A stretch of DNA of 64,000 nt from IMG/VR virus record IMGVR_UViG_2700988978_000001, positions 614 to 64,613 of that record; one strand, written 5' to 3'. A program made the position numbers and the translations under genes. The notes under the pieces were generated by a model that was given only the letters and a program-made list of their open reading frames with translations, was not told the origin of the DNA and made no database searches. Positions 39,015 to 46,698 of the stretch are shown here, piece after piece (the stretch's first letter is position 1; each line of letters begins with the position of its first letter). The stretch comes from a virus. Lineage: Duplodnaviria; Caudoviricetes.

Positions 39015-39025
39015 ACGAGCCCACC

Positions 39026-39587
39026 TATCCTCGATACCCGGCGCTGGTTCGTGTTGACCTCCACAATTTCGGCGCGAATCAGCGCCCCATGTGCGTTAAG
39101 ATTTGCGGCGCTGGCCGACACGCCATCCCGACCCTCCCGCCGGGACAGCCGCGACACGCGCCAGCCGCCCCCTCCCCACTACCCCCACCCAAGGGGGAGG
39201 GGGCCACCACCAAGCCACCAAGGGCTGGGCCGTTTGCCGTACAGTAAGCCTCGGCCAGGCCGCCGTCCGTTCCCCACGGGCGGGGTGACAGCTGCAGGCG
39301 GCCTGGCCCCCACACCGCGCGGACATTGCCGCTAAAATCGGGTATCGAACCGCCCCACGCGCCGTCTAACCCTTTCGGCACGCGGGGCGGTTCCCCCTCA
39401 CAGCGCGGCGATCCTTTCGCTATCCGCGAATCACCCACGCAGCAAACCGCACCGACCTACACTCGAAACCGGACCGCCCCAGCGAACCGTTGACCGAGCA
39501 TCAGCCGGGGCGGCTCCCCACACCTGGAAAACCCCCGAACAAGCGCCCCTCTTGCCGCGACCCCTAGCTACGCGGCAGAGGGGCGCT
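39026..39587 (+). ncRNA. Array of GC-rich hairpins with C-rich loops, five preceded by -10 hexamers (candidate sRNAs)
   Basis: At least seven stems; G-U pairs favour the + strand; no credible ORF. Confidence 0.5.
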
Positions 39588-39629
39588 CTTCGACGAAGTG
39601 AATCGTGCCGGAGCTGCCGCCGATAGAAG

Positions 39630-39917
39630 CTACGGGTAGATGTGATATTGCGGCTGGCCGAGGGGGAACATAGGCCACGGTTCGGCGGGGTTGATCGGAT
39701 AGCACCGCGACGTCGATGGCACGATTACCGCTCCGAACGCGTTGGTCGTCCCGAACGCGACTTGGCAGCGATCCCAGGTGCCATCCGGCCGGATCGGGCC
39801 GTCACAGTACTGAGCGAACGGCTGCGTTTCGCATCCCGCGCTGGCGGGCGCGGCGAGTATGACGGACGCACCGAGAGCGCCGACGGCGACCGCGGAGGCT
39901 GTGAACCACCTGAGCAT
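39630..39917 (-). CDS. Secreted CDGP-motif protein
   Basis: Signal peptide ending APASA; YCDGPIRPDGTWDRC; TACGAT 7 nt before ATG (leaderless). Confidence 0.8.
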   Translation of the reverse strand: MLRWFTASAVAVGALGASVILAAPASAGCETQPFAQYCDGPIRPDGTWDRCQVAFGTTNAFGAVIVPSTSRCYPINPAEPWPMFPLGQPQYHIYP

Positions 39918-39984
39918 GCGCAGGATCGTACGACACCCTGTTGGCCTACGTGGCAGTTGTTCCGGTACCTCGTGACGTCAGTGT

Positions 39985-40012
39985 GGAGTTGTCACGGAGT
40001 TGTCACAACTCG
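39985..40012 (+). repeat. attP arm-type integrase sites (left pair)
   Basis: GGAGTTGTCAC x2 followed by AACTCG. Confidence 0.75.
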
Positions 40013-40110
40013 TGCGCGATAACCGGCGAGACGAGGCGAAAGCGTGCAACAGAAATTCGAGGTCAGGGGACATTTGGACGAAGCGCAGCTAGACCGTGCG
40101 TCGGTATTCT

Positions 40111-40168
40111 GCGGACTGTAAATCCGTCGGCTTACGCCTACGCAGGTTCGAATCCTGCACCTGCCACC
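40111..40168 (+). mobile_element. attP: attP common core = 3' part of tRNA-Tyr(GTA)
   Basis: Anticodon arm GCGGA-CTGTAAA-TCCGT, T arm GCAGG-TTCGAAT-CCTGC, acceptor 3' strand ACCTGCC; 5' half absent; adjacent to integrase. Confidence 0.92.
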
Positions 40169-40173
40169 CAGGT

Positions 40174-40207
40174 CAGGCCCCCTTTCGAGGGGGGTCTGTT
40201 TTGGTTT
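40174..40207 (+). terminator. Intrinsic terminator after att core
   Basis: CAGGCCCCCT-TTCG-AGGGGGGTCTG followed by TTTT. Confidence 0.8.
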
Positions 40208-41409
40208 CAGGAGCCGGAATTGTCACGGATTGTCACAACTCGCGCGAAACTCTGCGCGGCGATCACCAGGGATTCCGGCTTGGGGTTCACGTACGTCTGC
40301 AGCGTGAACGCCTTCGACGCGTGACCGAGCCACGCCGAGATCAGCGCCGTGGGCACTCCACGGAGATGCATCAGCGTCCCGCACGTATGCCGGGCATCGT
40401 GCAGCCGGACGTGGCGCAGACCGGCCGCCCTGAGCATCCGCGCCCACCGGTTCTCGATCGCGTTCGGTGTCAACGCGGCGCCAGCCTCGTTCACCACCAC
40501 GTAGCCGCTCGCCTCATACGCTTCGCCCAGCCGCAGTTGGTCGGCAGCCTGAATCTTGCGGGCGGCTTTGAAGGCGGCGAACAGGTCGTCGGGGAGTGGC
40601 AGCTCGCGCCGGCTGGCCCGCGACTTCGGGGTTTTCTCGATCGTTTTCTTGCCGCGCTGCAGGCGCGTGTTTTGCACCGTCACCGTTCTCGCGTCGAGGT
40701 CGACGTCGCACCATCGCAGACCGCTGATCTCGGCCAGGCGGAACCCGGCCAGGGCGAGCTCCCATGCGATCGCGTAGCGGTCGCCTGCGATATGCGCCAG
40801 TAGCGTCTCCACCTCATTTTCGGTGAGGGGATCGGGCGGCGCTGGATTGGCCTCGATCCGGTCCACCAGTGCGGCAACGTTGCGCACCGTGTGGCCCTGC
40901 TTCTGTTCGGACTCCAGGATCGAGACCAGCAGGCCCAGCAGGTAGTTGACCGACCGAGGCGACCAAGGCTTGCGAGGCTTCCCGGTAGGGGACGGAAGGC
41001 CGCCCTCGCGCAGTGCCGTCACAAGGTCATCGAGGTGGCGTTTGGTGAGCTTCTGGATTTCGATCTCGCCGAGCTGTTCGATCACCACCGTCAGCTTCTC
41101 CTCGTAGCCGTCAAGGGTGGACTCTGCGCGGTTGGCGGCCCGTTTCCCGGCCAGCCAGTCGTCACACGCTTCGCGGACGGTGCGCTGGGTGGGATGCACA
41201 TAGGTGCCTTGTGCGACCCGGCCGCGAATTTCGTCGAGCGCGTCGCGGGCTTCTTTCTCGGTGGCGTACCGCTTGCGAAGCTGCTTGCGTTTCCCGTCGA
41301 CCACGCCCACGTCGACGGTCAGTTGGTAGCGCACGACGGGCCGGCCGCCGCGGCGCGCTGCCAGTTCGACGCGCTTGATCTGTGGGGGCAGCTGCCGACG
41401 TTCAGCCAT
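40207..41409 (-). CDS. int: Tyrosine integrase
   Basis: GFRLAEISGLRW, KTPKS, HDARH, LGH, Y catalytic residues. Confidence 0.97.
   Translation of the reverse strand: MAERRQLPPQIKRVELAARRGGRPVVRYQLTVDVGVVDGKRKQLRKRYATEKEARDALDEIRGRVAQGTYVHPTQRTVREACDDWLAGKRAANRAESTLDGYEEKLTVVIEQLGEIEIQKLTKRHLDDLVTALREGGLPSPTGKPRKPWSPRSVNYLLGLLVSILESEQKQGHTVRNVAALVDRIEANPAPPDPLTENEVETLLAHIAGDRYAIAWELALAGFRLAEISGLRWCDVDLDARTVTVQNTRLQRGKKTIEKTPKSRASRRELPLPDDLFAAFKAARKIQAADQLRLGEAYEASGYVVVNEAGAALTPNAIENRWARMLRAAGLRHVRLHDARHTCGTLMHLRGVPTALISAWLGHASKAFTLQTYVNPKPESLVIAAQSFARVVTIRDNSGS
40216..40242 (+). repeat. attP arm-type integrase sites (right pair, inside int 3' end)
   Basis: GGAATTGTCAC-GGATTGTCAC-AACTCG, a direct repeat of the left pair. 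Confidence 0.75.
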
Positions 41410-41445
41410 CAGCTCGTCCTTTCGTGCGGAGGGGTTCCTGCTCGG

Positions 41446-41868
41446 TCAGGGGATCCACAGCCATTCATCCTCCAGCGCGTGTTCGATTTCGGCGGTCTCA
41501 AGCGGGTCGAGGGCCTCCAGCCGCACGGTGACGGTGTGCTCATCGGTCCACAGAACTTCCGCGAGGTCAGCGGGGTCGCGGGATTCGCGCAGTGCGTCGA
41601 TGAGGGCTGACAGCGGGATGAGGCGGCGGGCGGTCTCGACATCGACCGCACGTTCCTCCTTCTCGCGGTAACGGTGATGGGGGATGCCGCGCTCCAGGTG
41701 GACCAGTTCGTGGGTGAGAGTGCTGCGGCGCTCGGCCTGAGTAAGGGTGCGGCACAGCCAGATGGTGCCGTCCCGGACCAGCCCGCGCACTCCTTCTGGA
41801 AGTTCTTGCCACCACACGATCTGGATTTGCCGCCACCGCTGGCCAGCCTCTGCCCACGGGTTCCACAC
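41446..41868 (-). CDS. ImmA/IrrE-family metallopeptidase
   Basis: ERRSTLTHELVH (HExxH)...EE...ARRLI; leaderless GTG start MWNPW. Confidence 0.88.
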   Translation of the reverse strand: MWNPWAEAGQRWRQIQIVWWQELPEGVRGLVRDGTIWLCRTLTQAERRSTLTHELVHLERGIPHHRYREKEERAVDVETARRLIPLSALIDALRESRDPADLAEVLWTDEHTVTVRLEALDPLETAEIEHALEDEWLWIP

Positions 41869-41876
41869 GAGTGGAA

Positions 41877-41898
41877 AATGTAGGAAAGGCCACCGACA
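41877..41898 (-). promoter_or_regulatory. PafBC-type (RecA-NDp) DNA-damage promoter
   Basis: TGTCGG-N10-TACATT on the minus strand, 8 nt before GTG. Confidence 0.8.
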
Positions 41899-41959
41899 AA
41901 ACACGGCCTGACCAGGAATTACACGCCTGTAATTGCCAAATATTAAAAAGAGGGAAGCC

Positions 41960-41989
41960 TTGCCGGGGGAATCGGCGCGATGCTATTCT
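41960..41989 (+). promoter_or_regulatory. SigA-like promoter for a candidate sRNA
   Basis: TTGCCG-N18-TATTCT with TGn extension and an AT-rich upstream tract. Confidence 0.7.
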
Positions 41990-41994
41990 CGGCG

Positions 41995-42095
41995 GTGCAG
42001 CCAGAGCTTCGGGCTCACAGTTGCGCGCACGGGCCAGAGATATCGGGCTCACAGTCCGTGTGAAAAATCCGAACGGGAATTGAGGGCCGTTCACA
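41995..42095 (+). ncRNA. Candidate DUF3800-associated tandem-repeat small RNA
   Basis: Two GCCAGAG-N2/3-TCGGGCTCACAGT units, each closed by a different 5-bp stem, then a GAACGG/CCGTTC hairpin. Confidence 0.6.
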
Positions 42096-42114
42096 TACTT
42101 CAGTGAAGAGGGCG

Positions 42115-42828
42115 TCAGCTTGGCTGGCGCCCTCTTCCCATTCTGGTCATCGTCTTGATGTTGACACGGCCGCTGCGCACGTCCTCGCAGAAGTGTGGGA
42201 CGCCGAACGCCTGCGCTAAGTCCGTCGCGACCCGTGCCTTGTGGCCGATCGTGGCCGGATGAGGGTCGCGGCGCTGGTTGCATATCGCGCCAGCCACTAA
42301 GTCCGCGACCTGCAGCAAGTCGTTTGCCTCAGAATCGACGGTCACCGCACTCACCAGGCAAGCCGACTTCATTCGACGGTTCGCCATTGATCGGACGGTG
42401 TCGCCGAACGAAACGTTTGGCTTCGTGGAGCGGTGATCCAGAATCGCCGCCGCGTGCTCACCGTTCGCGATGTTGCCAGCGAGCACCTGGGCGGCGATCC
42501 TCGCATGAACTTGCCACTCTTCATCGCCGCTCTTGAACGGATTCTCAATCTGCGATCGGTCGACTACCGCCCCAACCAGCCGGGCGTCGGATTCGGCCAC
42601 GACTTCGACTAGCCGGCGGAATACGCGGAGCCTGTCGCGGTTGATGCGAGAGAACTTGAACTCCTCGGTATAGCGCTCCTCATGACGGAGTTGCTCAACC
42701 CGCCGCTGCAGCCGCCCAGGCTGCAGCAGCTTGACGCCCGCCACCACGAAGAACGTCCCAGCGCTTGCCTTCGCTCCAGACTCGTCAATGAAGAATGTTG
42801 AGTGCCTGGGCTGTTTCGGGGCGATCAA
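42115..42828 (-). CDS. DUF3800 family protein (RNase H-like fold)
   Basis: FFIDESG, EFKF, DS...LLQVADLVAGA motifs; start overlaps the repressor stop. Confidence 0.85.
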   Translation of the reverse strand: MIAPKQPRHSTFFIDESGAKASAGTFFVVAGVKLLQPGRLQRRVEQLRHEERYTEEFKFSRINRDRLRVFRRLVEVVAESDARLVGAVVDRSQIENPFKSGDEEWQVHARIAAQVLAGNIANGEHAAAILDHRSTKPNVSFGDTVRSMANRRMKSACLVSAVTVDSEANDLLQVADLVAGAICNQRRDPHPATIGHKARVATDLAQAFGVPHFCEDVRSGRVNIKTMTRMGRGRQPS

Positions 42829-43451
42829 GGCGAATCATCCTCTGGTTCATCCAGATCTTCTGCGTCCTGGTCCTGCGCGTCCCTTAACCGCCGGCCGAGT
42901 GAAGTGCCTTTCTGCGCGGCCACGCCGAGGTCGTCGACGTCAGGCGGTGTGAAGTCGAGAAGCGCACCTCCCTCACGAGGGGGTGTCACCTCCTGGTCTT
43001 GCGGCGCTTCATCCGATGTTCCCGGCGGCGCGGTCTGATGAGAAGCAAGTATGGCTTCATAGCGGTTGATCACCTGTCGTTGTGCCACGAGAACACGGAG
43101 CATTTCGAGTGCTGCGCGTCTCTCTGTCGGTGACAGGTCATTGATGCCTTGCGGTAGCTCCGTTGCGAACGGAGGCCCTTGGGGGCGATGACCTGCCGCA
43201 GTGAACGCAACTTCGTCGGGGACGCCAGCAAGCCATCCGATGGCTCGGATGGTGCCATCCTCGGGCACCTTCTTGTAGGTGCCTTTAAGAATTTGAGAGA
43301 TGGTCGTGCGGTTTAACGCTAGGCCGCGGGGCCGCGCCTTCTCTTCGTCCTTTACCGCCTGCTCCACTGCGCGGTAGTCGATGGGTAACGCGGCTTGTGC
43401 CCGTTTGTCCATCGCCTGCTGGAGCAGGTCGCGCAATGTCGGTGCGTTCAC
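42825..43451 (-). CDS. Immunity repressor
   Basis: LNRTTISQILKG HTH-like; divergent from cro; upstream of immA/int; GGAAGG RBS. Confidence 0.75.
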   Translation of the reverse strand: MNAPTLRDLLQQAMDKRAQAALPIDYRAVEQAVKDEEKARPRGLALNRTTISQILKGTYKKVPEDGTIRAIGWLAGVPDEVAFTAAGHRPQGPPFATELPQGINDLSPTERRAALEMLRVLVAQRQVINRYEAILASHQTAPPGTSDEAPQDQEVTPPREGGALLDFTPPDVDDLGVAAQKGTSLGRRLRDAQDQDAEDLDEPEDDSP

Positions 43452-43546
43452 GAGGTCCAACCTTCCGCAGGTCATATTTGGTGTACCACCGACGCGTCAG
43501 TCGGCATGAAAACCAGAAAATCAATACTGGCACGTCAGTCGACCCA

Positions 43547-43625
43547 GTTGACGGTTGACGTTTTGAAAACCGCAGTGTTACCGTCTGCGCTGACAGTTGA
43601 CACATTGAAAACTGGGAGGCACGAT
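43547..43625 (+). promoter_or_regulatory. Tandem early promoters with repeated operators
   Basis: TTGACG-N18-TACCGT and TTGACA-N17-CACGAT; 24-bp direct repeat GYTGACRGTTGACnnnTTGAAAAC over both -35 boxes. Confidence 0.75.
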
Positions 43626-43671
43626 GATGCGAGTACGGCGACGACCGCCACTGATCAGGAGGGACTGCTGG

Positions 43672-43950
43672 ATGGAAGTCCGAGACCCGGCCGCAATGCG
43701 GCGGGCACGCAAAGAGAAGCGGTATTCGCAGCGCGACCTAGGTCATCTTGTGCGCCGGACTCAGACCACGATCCATAAAATCGAAACCGGTCAGCTCAAG
43801 AACATCTCCGAAGACCTCGCGTTGGCGCTAGCAGGCAGGCTCGATCGGCATTGGGAGGACCTCTTCGTCGCCCATGATGATGTGTCCACGCCTTCGGCGT
43901 CAGCTGTCTGCGCAGACAGAAAGCAGCGCAAGGGTCAGGTGCCGGCATGA
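43672..43950 (+). CDS. Cro-like XRE HTH protein
   Basis: YSQRDLGHLVRRTQTTIHKIETG; AGGAGG RBS. Confidence 0.85.
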   Translation: MEVRDPAAMRRARKEKRYSQRDLGHLVRRTQTTIHKIETGQLKNISEDLALALAGRLDRHWEDLFVAHDDVSTPSASAVCADRKQRKGQVPA

Positions 43951-44009
43951 GCGCCGCGTTCGCACTGGCCGAAGAGCGGGCGGCGAAAGCTGCCCGCGCC
44001 CGTAGACGA

Positions 44010-44208
44010 TCAGTCTCGGTAGACCACTCCGAGTGGAATGGCGGGTCCGATCACCAGGATCGCCGATCCGCCGTCGGCCAACTCAAAGGATCAGATTCTC
44101 CGATCGGCCCTCGGAAACAAGCTCCCCCACCTCTCGCAGCGCATCTTGGTTCTCCGGCGTATCCGCGACGTCGTAGGTGACGCCGCCGTGCGTGACCGCG
44201 ATTCTCAT
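44010..44208 (-). pseudogene. Small reverse gene split by a +1 frameshift at CTT-TGA
   Basis: RBS plus ATG 44208; 41 codons, stop, then +1 frame continues ELADGGSAILVIGPAIPLGVVYRD. Confidence 0.55.
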
Positions 44209-44306
44209 CCCTCTTCTCCCTCTCCTATTCCGGCACCGGCGGCGGGTCGTCCCGCCAAGAACTTGCCCGCCGCCGGTGGCTCCCACCCCTCTGGAAAGGC
44301 GAAAGC

Positions 44307-45080
44307 ATGAACAACCTATCCAACGAGTTGGTTCCGTTTGAGTACGGCGAGACGGCTGTCCGTGTCGTGGTGATCGACGGCGACCCGTGGTTCGTCCTGG
44401 CAGACCTGTGCAAGGTCCTCGGTCTGAGCAACCCGTCGGTTGTCGCCCAACGGATCGACCCGGCTGCCCTAAGTCAGGCTGAGATCAGCTCCGGTGGGCA
44501 ACGCCGCGCCGTGACCATCGTGAACGAGTCGGGCATGTATGAGGTCGTCATCCGCTCCGACAAGCCAGAGGCTGTCAAGTTCCGCCGCTGGATCACCGGC
44601 GAGGTGCTGCCCCAGATCCGCAAGACCGGCGGCTACTCCCTCGACGCTCAGGTGCCCAAGACGCTCCCCGAAGCGCTCCGCGCCTACGCGCGTGAAGTCG
44701 AAGCCCGCGAGGCCGCTGAAGCCTATGCGCGCGAGCTGGAACCGAAAGCTGAGTACGTCGATGACTTCGTGTCCCCCGACGACTGCCTGACATTCCGCAC
44801 CCTCGCAAACCAGATCAACATGAAGGAAACCGAGCTGCGGGAACTGCTGGTCGAGAAGAAGCGCATCTACCGCAAGTTCATCGGCCGCCGATTCTCACGG
44901 AAGGCCGGGAAGCTGGTGGATGAGTACGAGTGGCGGGCCTATGCCGACTGGAAACACCACTTCCGTCTAATCCCGCAGCACAACGCTCCCCGTCATCACA
45001 ACAATCAGGTCAGACAGACCTTGTATGTGACACCTCCTGGGGCGCAGGCCATTCGGAAGATCGCCGGGGTGCTGGTGTAG
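44307..45080 (+). CDS. Antirepressor (BRO-N plus KilA-C/ANT-like)
   Basis: DPWFVLADLC...NESGMY...FRRWITGEVLPQIRKTGGY. Confidence 0.92.
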   Translation: MNNLSNELVPFEYGETAVRVVVIDGDPWFVLADLCKVLGLSNPSVVAQRIDPAALSQAEISSGGQRRAVTIVNESGMYEVVIRSDKPEAVKFRRWITGEVLPQIRKTGGYSLDAQVPKTLPEALRAYAREVEAREAAEAYARELEPKAEYVDDFVSPDDCLTFRTLANQINMKETELRELLVEKKRIYRKFIGRRFSRKAGKLVDEYEWRAYADWKHHFRLIPQHNAPRHHNNQVRQTLYVTPPGAQAIRKIAGVLV

Positions 45081-45082
45081 CC

Positions 45083-45385
45083 ATGACGACTTTCAGTAAG
45101 GACACCGCAAGGCAGTCGAATGTGCTGGACGGCACCGTGTACTGCTACGAGCCAGTGCCCGGTGAAGGCGTGTACGCCACGGTGGCAGGGCGTGACGGCC
45201 AGGTGTACATCGTCGCACTCGATATGACGGACCTCTCGCATCTGCATCGCGCGGCTGAAGCTGCGTACGCGGATGAGAACCGCAGCGTCGCAAGCGAAGA
45301 CCTCACAATGATCACGCAGGCGGGGATGCCGTTTGTGATGGACATCATGGACGCCGAACTCGGTGCCAACGGTGACAAGTCATGA
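45083..45385 (+). CDS. Hypothetical protein
   Basis: Coupled ORF in the early operon. Confidence 0.65.
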   Translation: MTTFSKDTARQSNVLDGTVYCYEPVPGEGVYATVAGRDGQVYIVALDMTDLSHLHRAAEAAYADENRSVASEDLTMITQAGMPFVMDIMDAELGANGDKS

Positions 45386-45573
45386 GCGCCCTGTTGGACA
45401 AGCTGCTGCTCACGATTCCGGAGACCGCGGAGTTGTTGCGGGTCCACGTCGCGACTGTCTACCGGCTATTCGACAGGGGCGAATTGCGTTGGGTGAAAGT
45501 CGGTTCGCGCCGTCTGGTGACTCGTGCCGAGGTGGATCGGTTCATCGCAGCGCACGAGGAAGGCGCAGCCTGA
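45382..45573 (+). CDS. Excisionase-like HTH protein
   Basis: LLTIPETAELLRVHVATVYRL...GELRWVKVGSRRLV. Confidence 0.85.
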   Translation: MSALLDKLLLTIPETAELLRVHVATVYRLFDRGELRWVKVGSRRLVTRAEVDRFIAAHEEGAA

Positions 45574-45899
45574 TGAGCGCACACAACGAACTCACCCAGA
45601 TCGAGGTCGACGCCAGGACGGCGGCCAAGGGTCTCGCCCGCCTGATCGACCGCGCCTACCACGAGGTATCCGAGGGTGACCGGCCGCTGATCGAGAACCT
45701 CGCTGGCATGCTGCGACACCTGTCGGCGGCGAATGTCGCGCTCGGAACCGAGATTCAGCACTACCTGGCCGACGCCATGCAGGCGCGTGACGAGCGCGAT
45801 GAGCTGCGGGTGCGGGTCGACGAGCTGGAGGCCGAACTTGCCGAGCTGCGCGACGACGTGGCCGACGGCATCGCCGCGGCGTGTGGGGGCAAGCCGTGA
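45573..45899 (+). CDS. Coiled-coil hypothetical protein
   Basis: TGATG coupling. Confidence 0.65.
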   Translation: MSAHNELTQIEVDARTAAKGLARLIDRAYHEVSEGDRPLIENLAGMLRHLSAANVALGTEIQHYLADAMQARDERDELRVRVDELEAELAELRDDVADGIAAACGGKP

Positions 45900-46399
45900 T
45901 CGCCGGATTCCTGCGCGGCGCAGCTGACTTCATCGACGCCGTCCAGGAGGCCTTCGCCGAGCGGCGCGCCGGGTTTTCGGAGCGGGAGGCCGGCGACTTT
46001 CTCGACGCGTCCGGCATCACCGATGGCGGGGTGTCGGACGAGTTCATGGACGTCGAGGATCTCGACCTGCCGCGGTCGAGTGAGCCGCAGAGCCCGCTAC
46101 CGCCGGTCGAACTGCCGGAGTGCAGGGAGTACCTACCCGGCACTGACCTCCCGATCGCGCCAGCGCACCCGATCTTCTGCGAGCTGCCGGCCGGTCACCC
46201 TGGCGAACACGTCTCGTACAAGCACCCCGACCGGGCGATTGTCCGGTGGCCGCGCGCCGAGGTGTCGCACGAGGATCTGGCCGCGCACATCACCGCAAGC
46301 CGCAGGGCCTCCGAAGACGACGGCTGGGGCGGAACCGCGAGTGACACACAGATCGCCAGCGATCTGCTGGCCGACTTCCACATCTCCCGCAAGAAGTAG
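45896..46399 (+). CDS. Hypothetical protein
   Basis: CELPAGHPGEH motif; coupled. Confidence 0.65.
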   Translation: MIAGFLRGAADFIDAVQEAFAERRAGFSEREAGDFLDASGITDGGVSDEFMDVEDLDLPRSSEPQSPLPPVELPECREYLPGTDLPIAPAHPIFCELPAGHPGEHVSYKHPDRAIVRWPRAEVSHEDLAAHITASRRASEDDGWGGTASDTQIASDLLADFHISRKK

Positions 46400-46464
46400 G
46401 GCCCCGTGCTGCGTCACCAGCGCGAGGCCCCAGACACCAGCAACACACCATGGAAGGAAAACCA

Positions 46465-46698
46465 GTGCCCGATAACAGCTTAGTAAACCAGGTGGAAGCC
46501 GAGGTTGCGGAGTGGAAGCGGACCCGCGTCTACGCCTCCGTCACAACGTCGGATGAAGACCCTACTTTCCGTGTCACGGTCGATGACGAGATCAACGTAC
46601 ACATGGGCCACATCTACCTGTCGATGTCGCTGACCAAGTGGCGGGAGCTGTTCGCCGCCGTGGAAGCAGCCGCCACAGACGCCGGGTTGTCCGCATGA
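46465..46698 (+). CDS. Hypothetical protein
   Basis: GAAGGA RBS. Confidence 0.65.
   Translation: MPDNSLVNQVEAEVAEWKRTRVYASVTTSDEDPTFRVTVDDEINVHMGHIYLSMSLTKWRELFAAVEAAATDAGLSA

Noticed and set aside
39026-39587. CRISPR or identical-repeat array, or protein-coding ORFs
   Set aside because: Units share structure but not sequence; the ORFs are low-complexity and lack RBSs.
39934-39952. Extra late-promoter copy CACCC-N8-TACGTG
   Set aside because: The -10 lacks the final T, no + gene follows, and it overlaps the minus-strand promoter.
40111-40170. Functional tRNA-Tyr gene
   Set aside because: The 5' acceptor strand and D arm are absent; it is the attP core.
40207-43451. Integration-dependent immunity (attP inside repressor, ssrA-like tags)
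   Set aside because: attP is about 2.7 kb from the repressor, and neither Int nor repressor ends in an ssrA-like tag.
43947-44310. Plus-strand ORFs 43947-44180 and 44038-44310
   Set aside because: No recognisable features; they overlap the better-supported reverse gene. The first may be a truncated remnant.
44232-46430. Hairpins at about 44237-44275 and 46400-46430 as a distinct system
   Set aside because: Only two dissimilar stems before RBSs; cannot be distinguished from ordinary leader or terminator structures.
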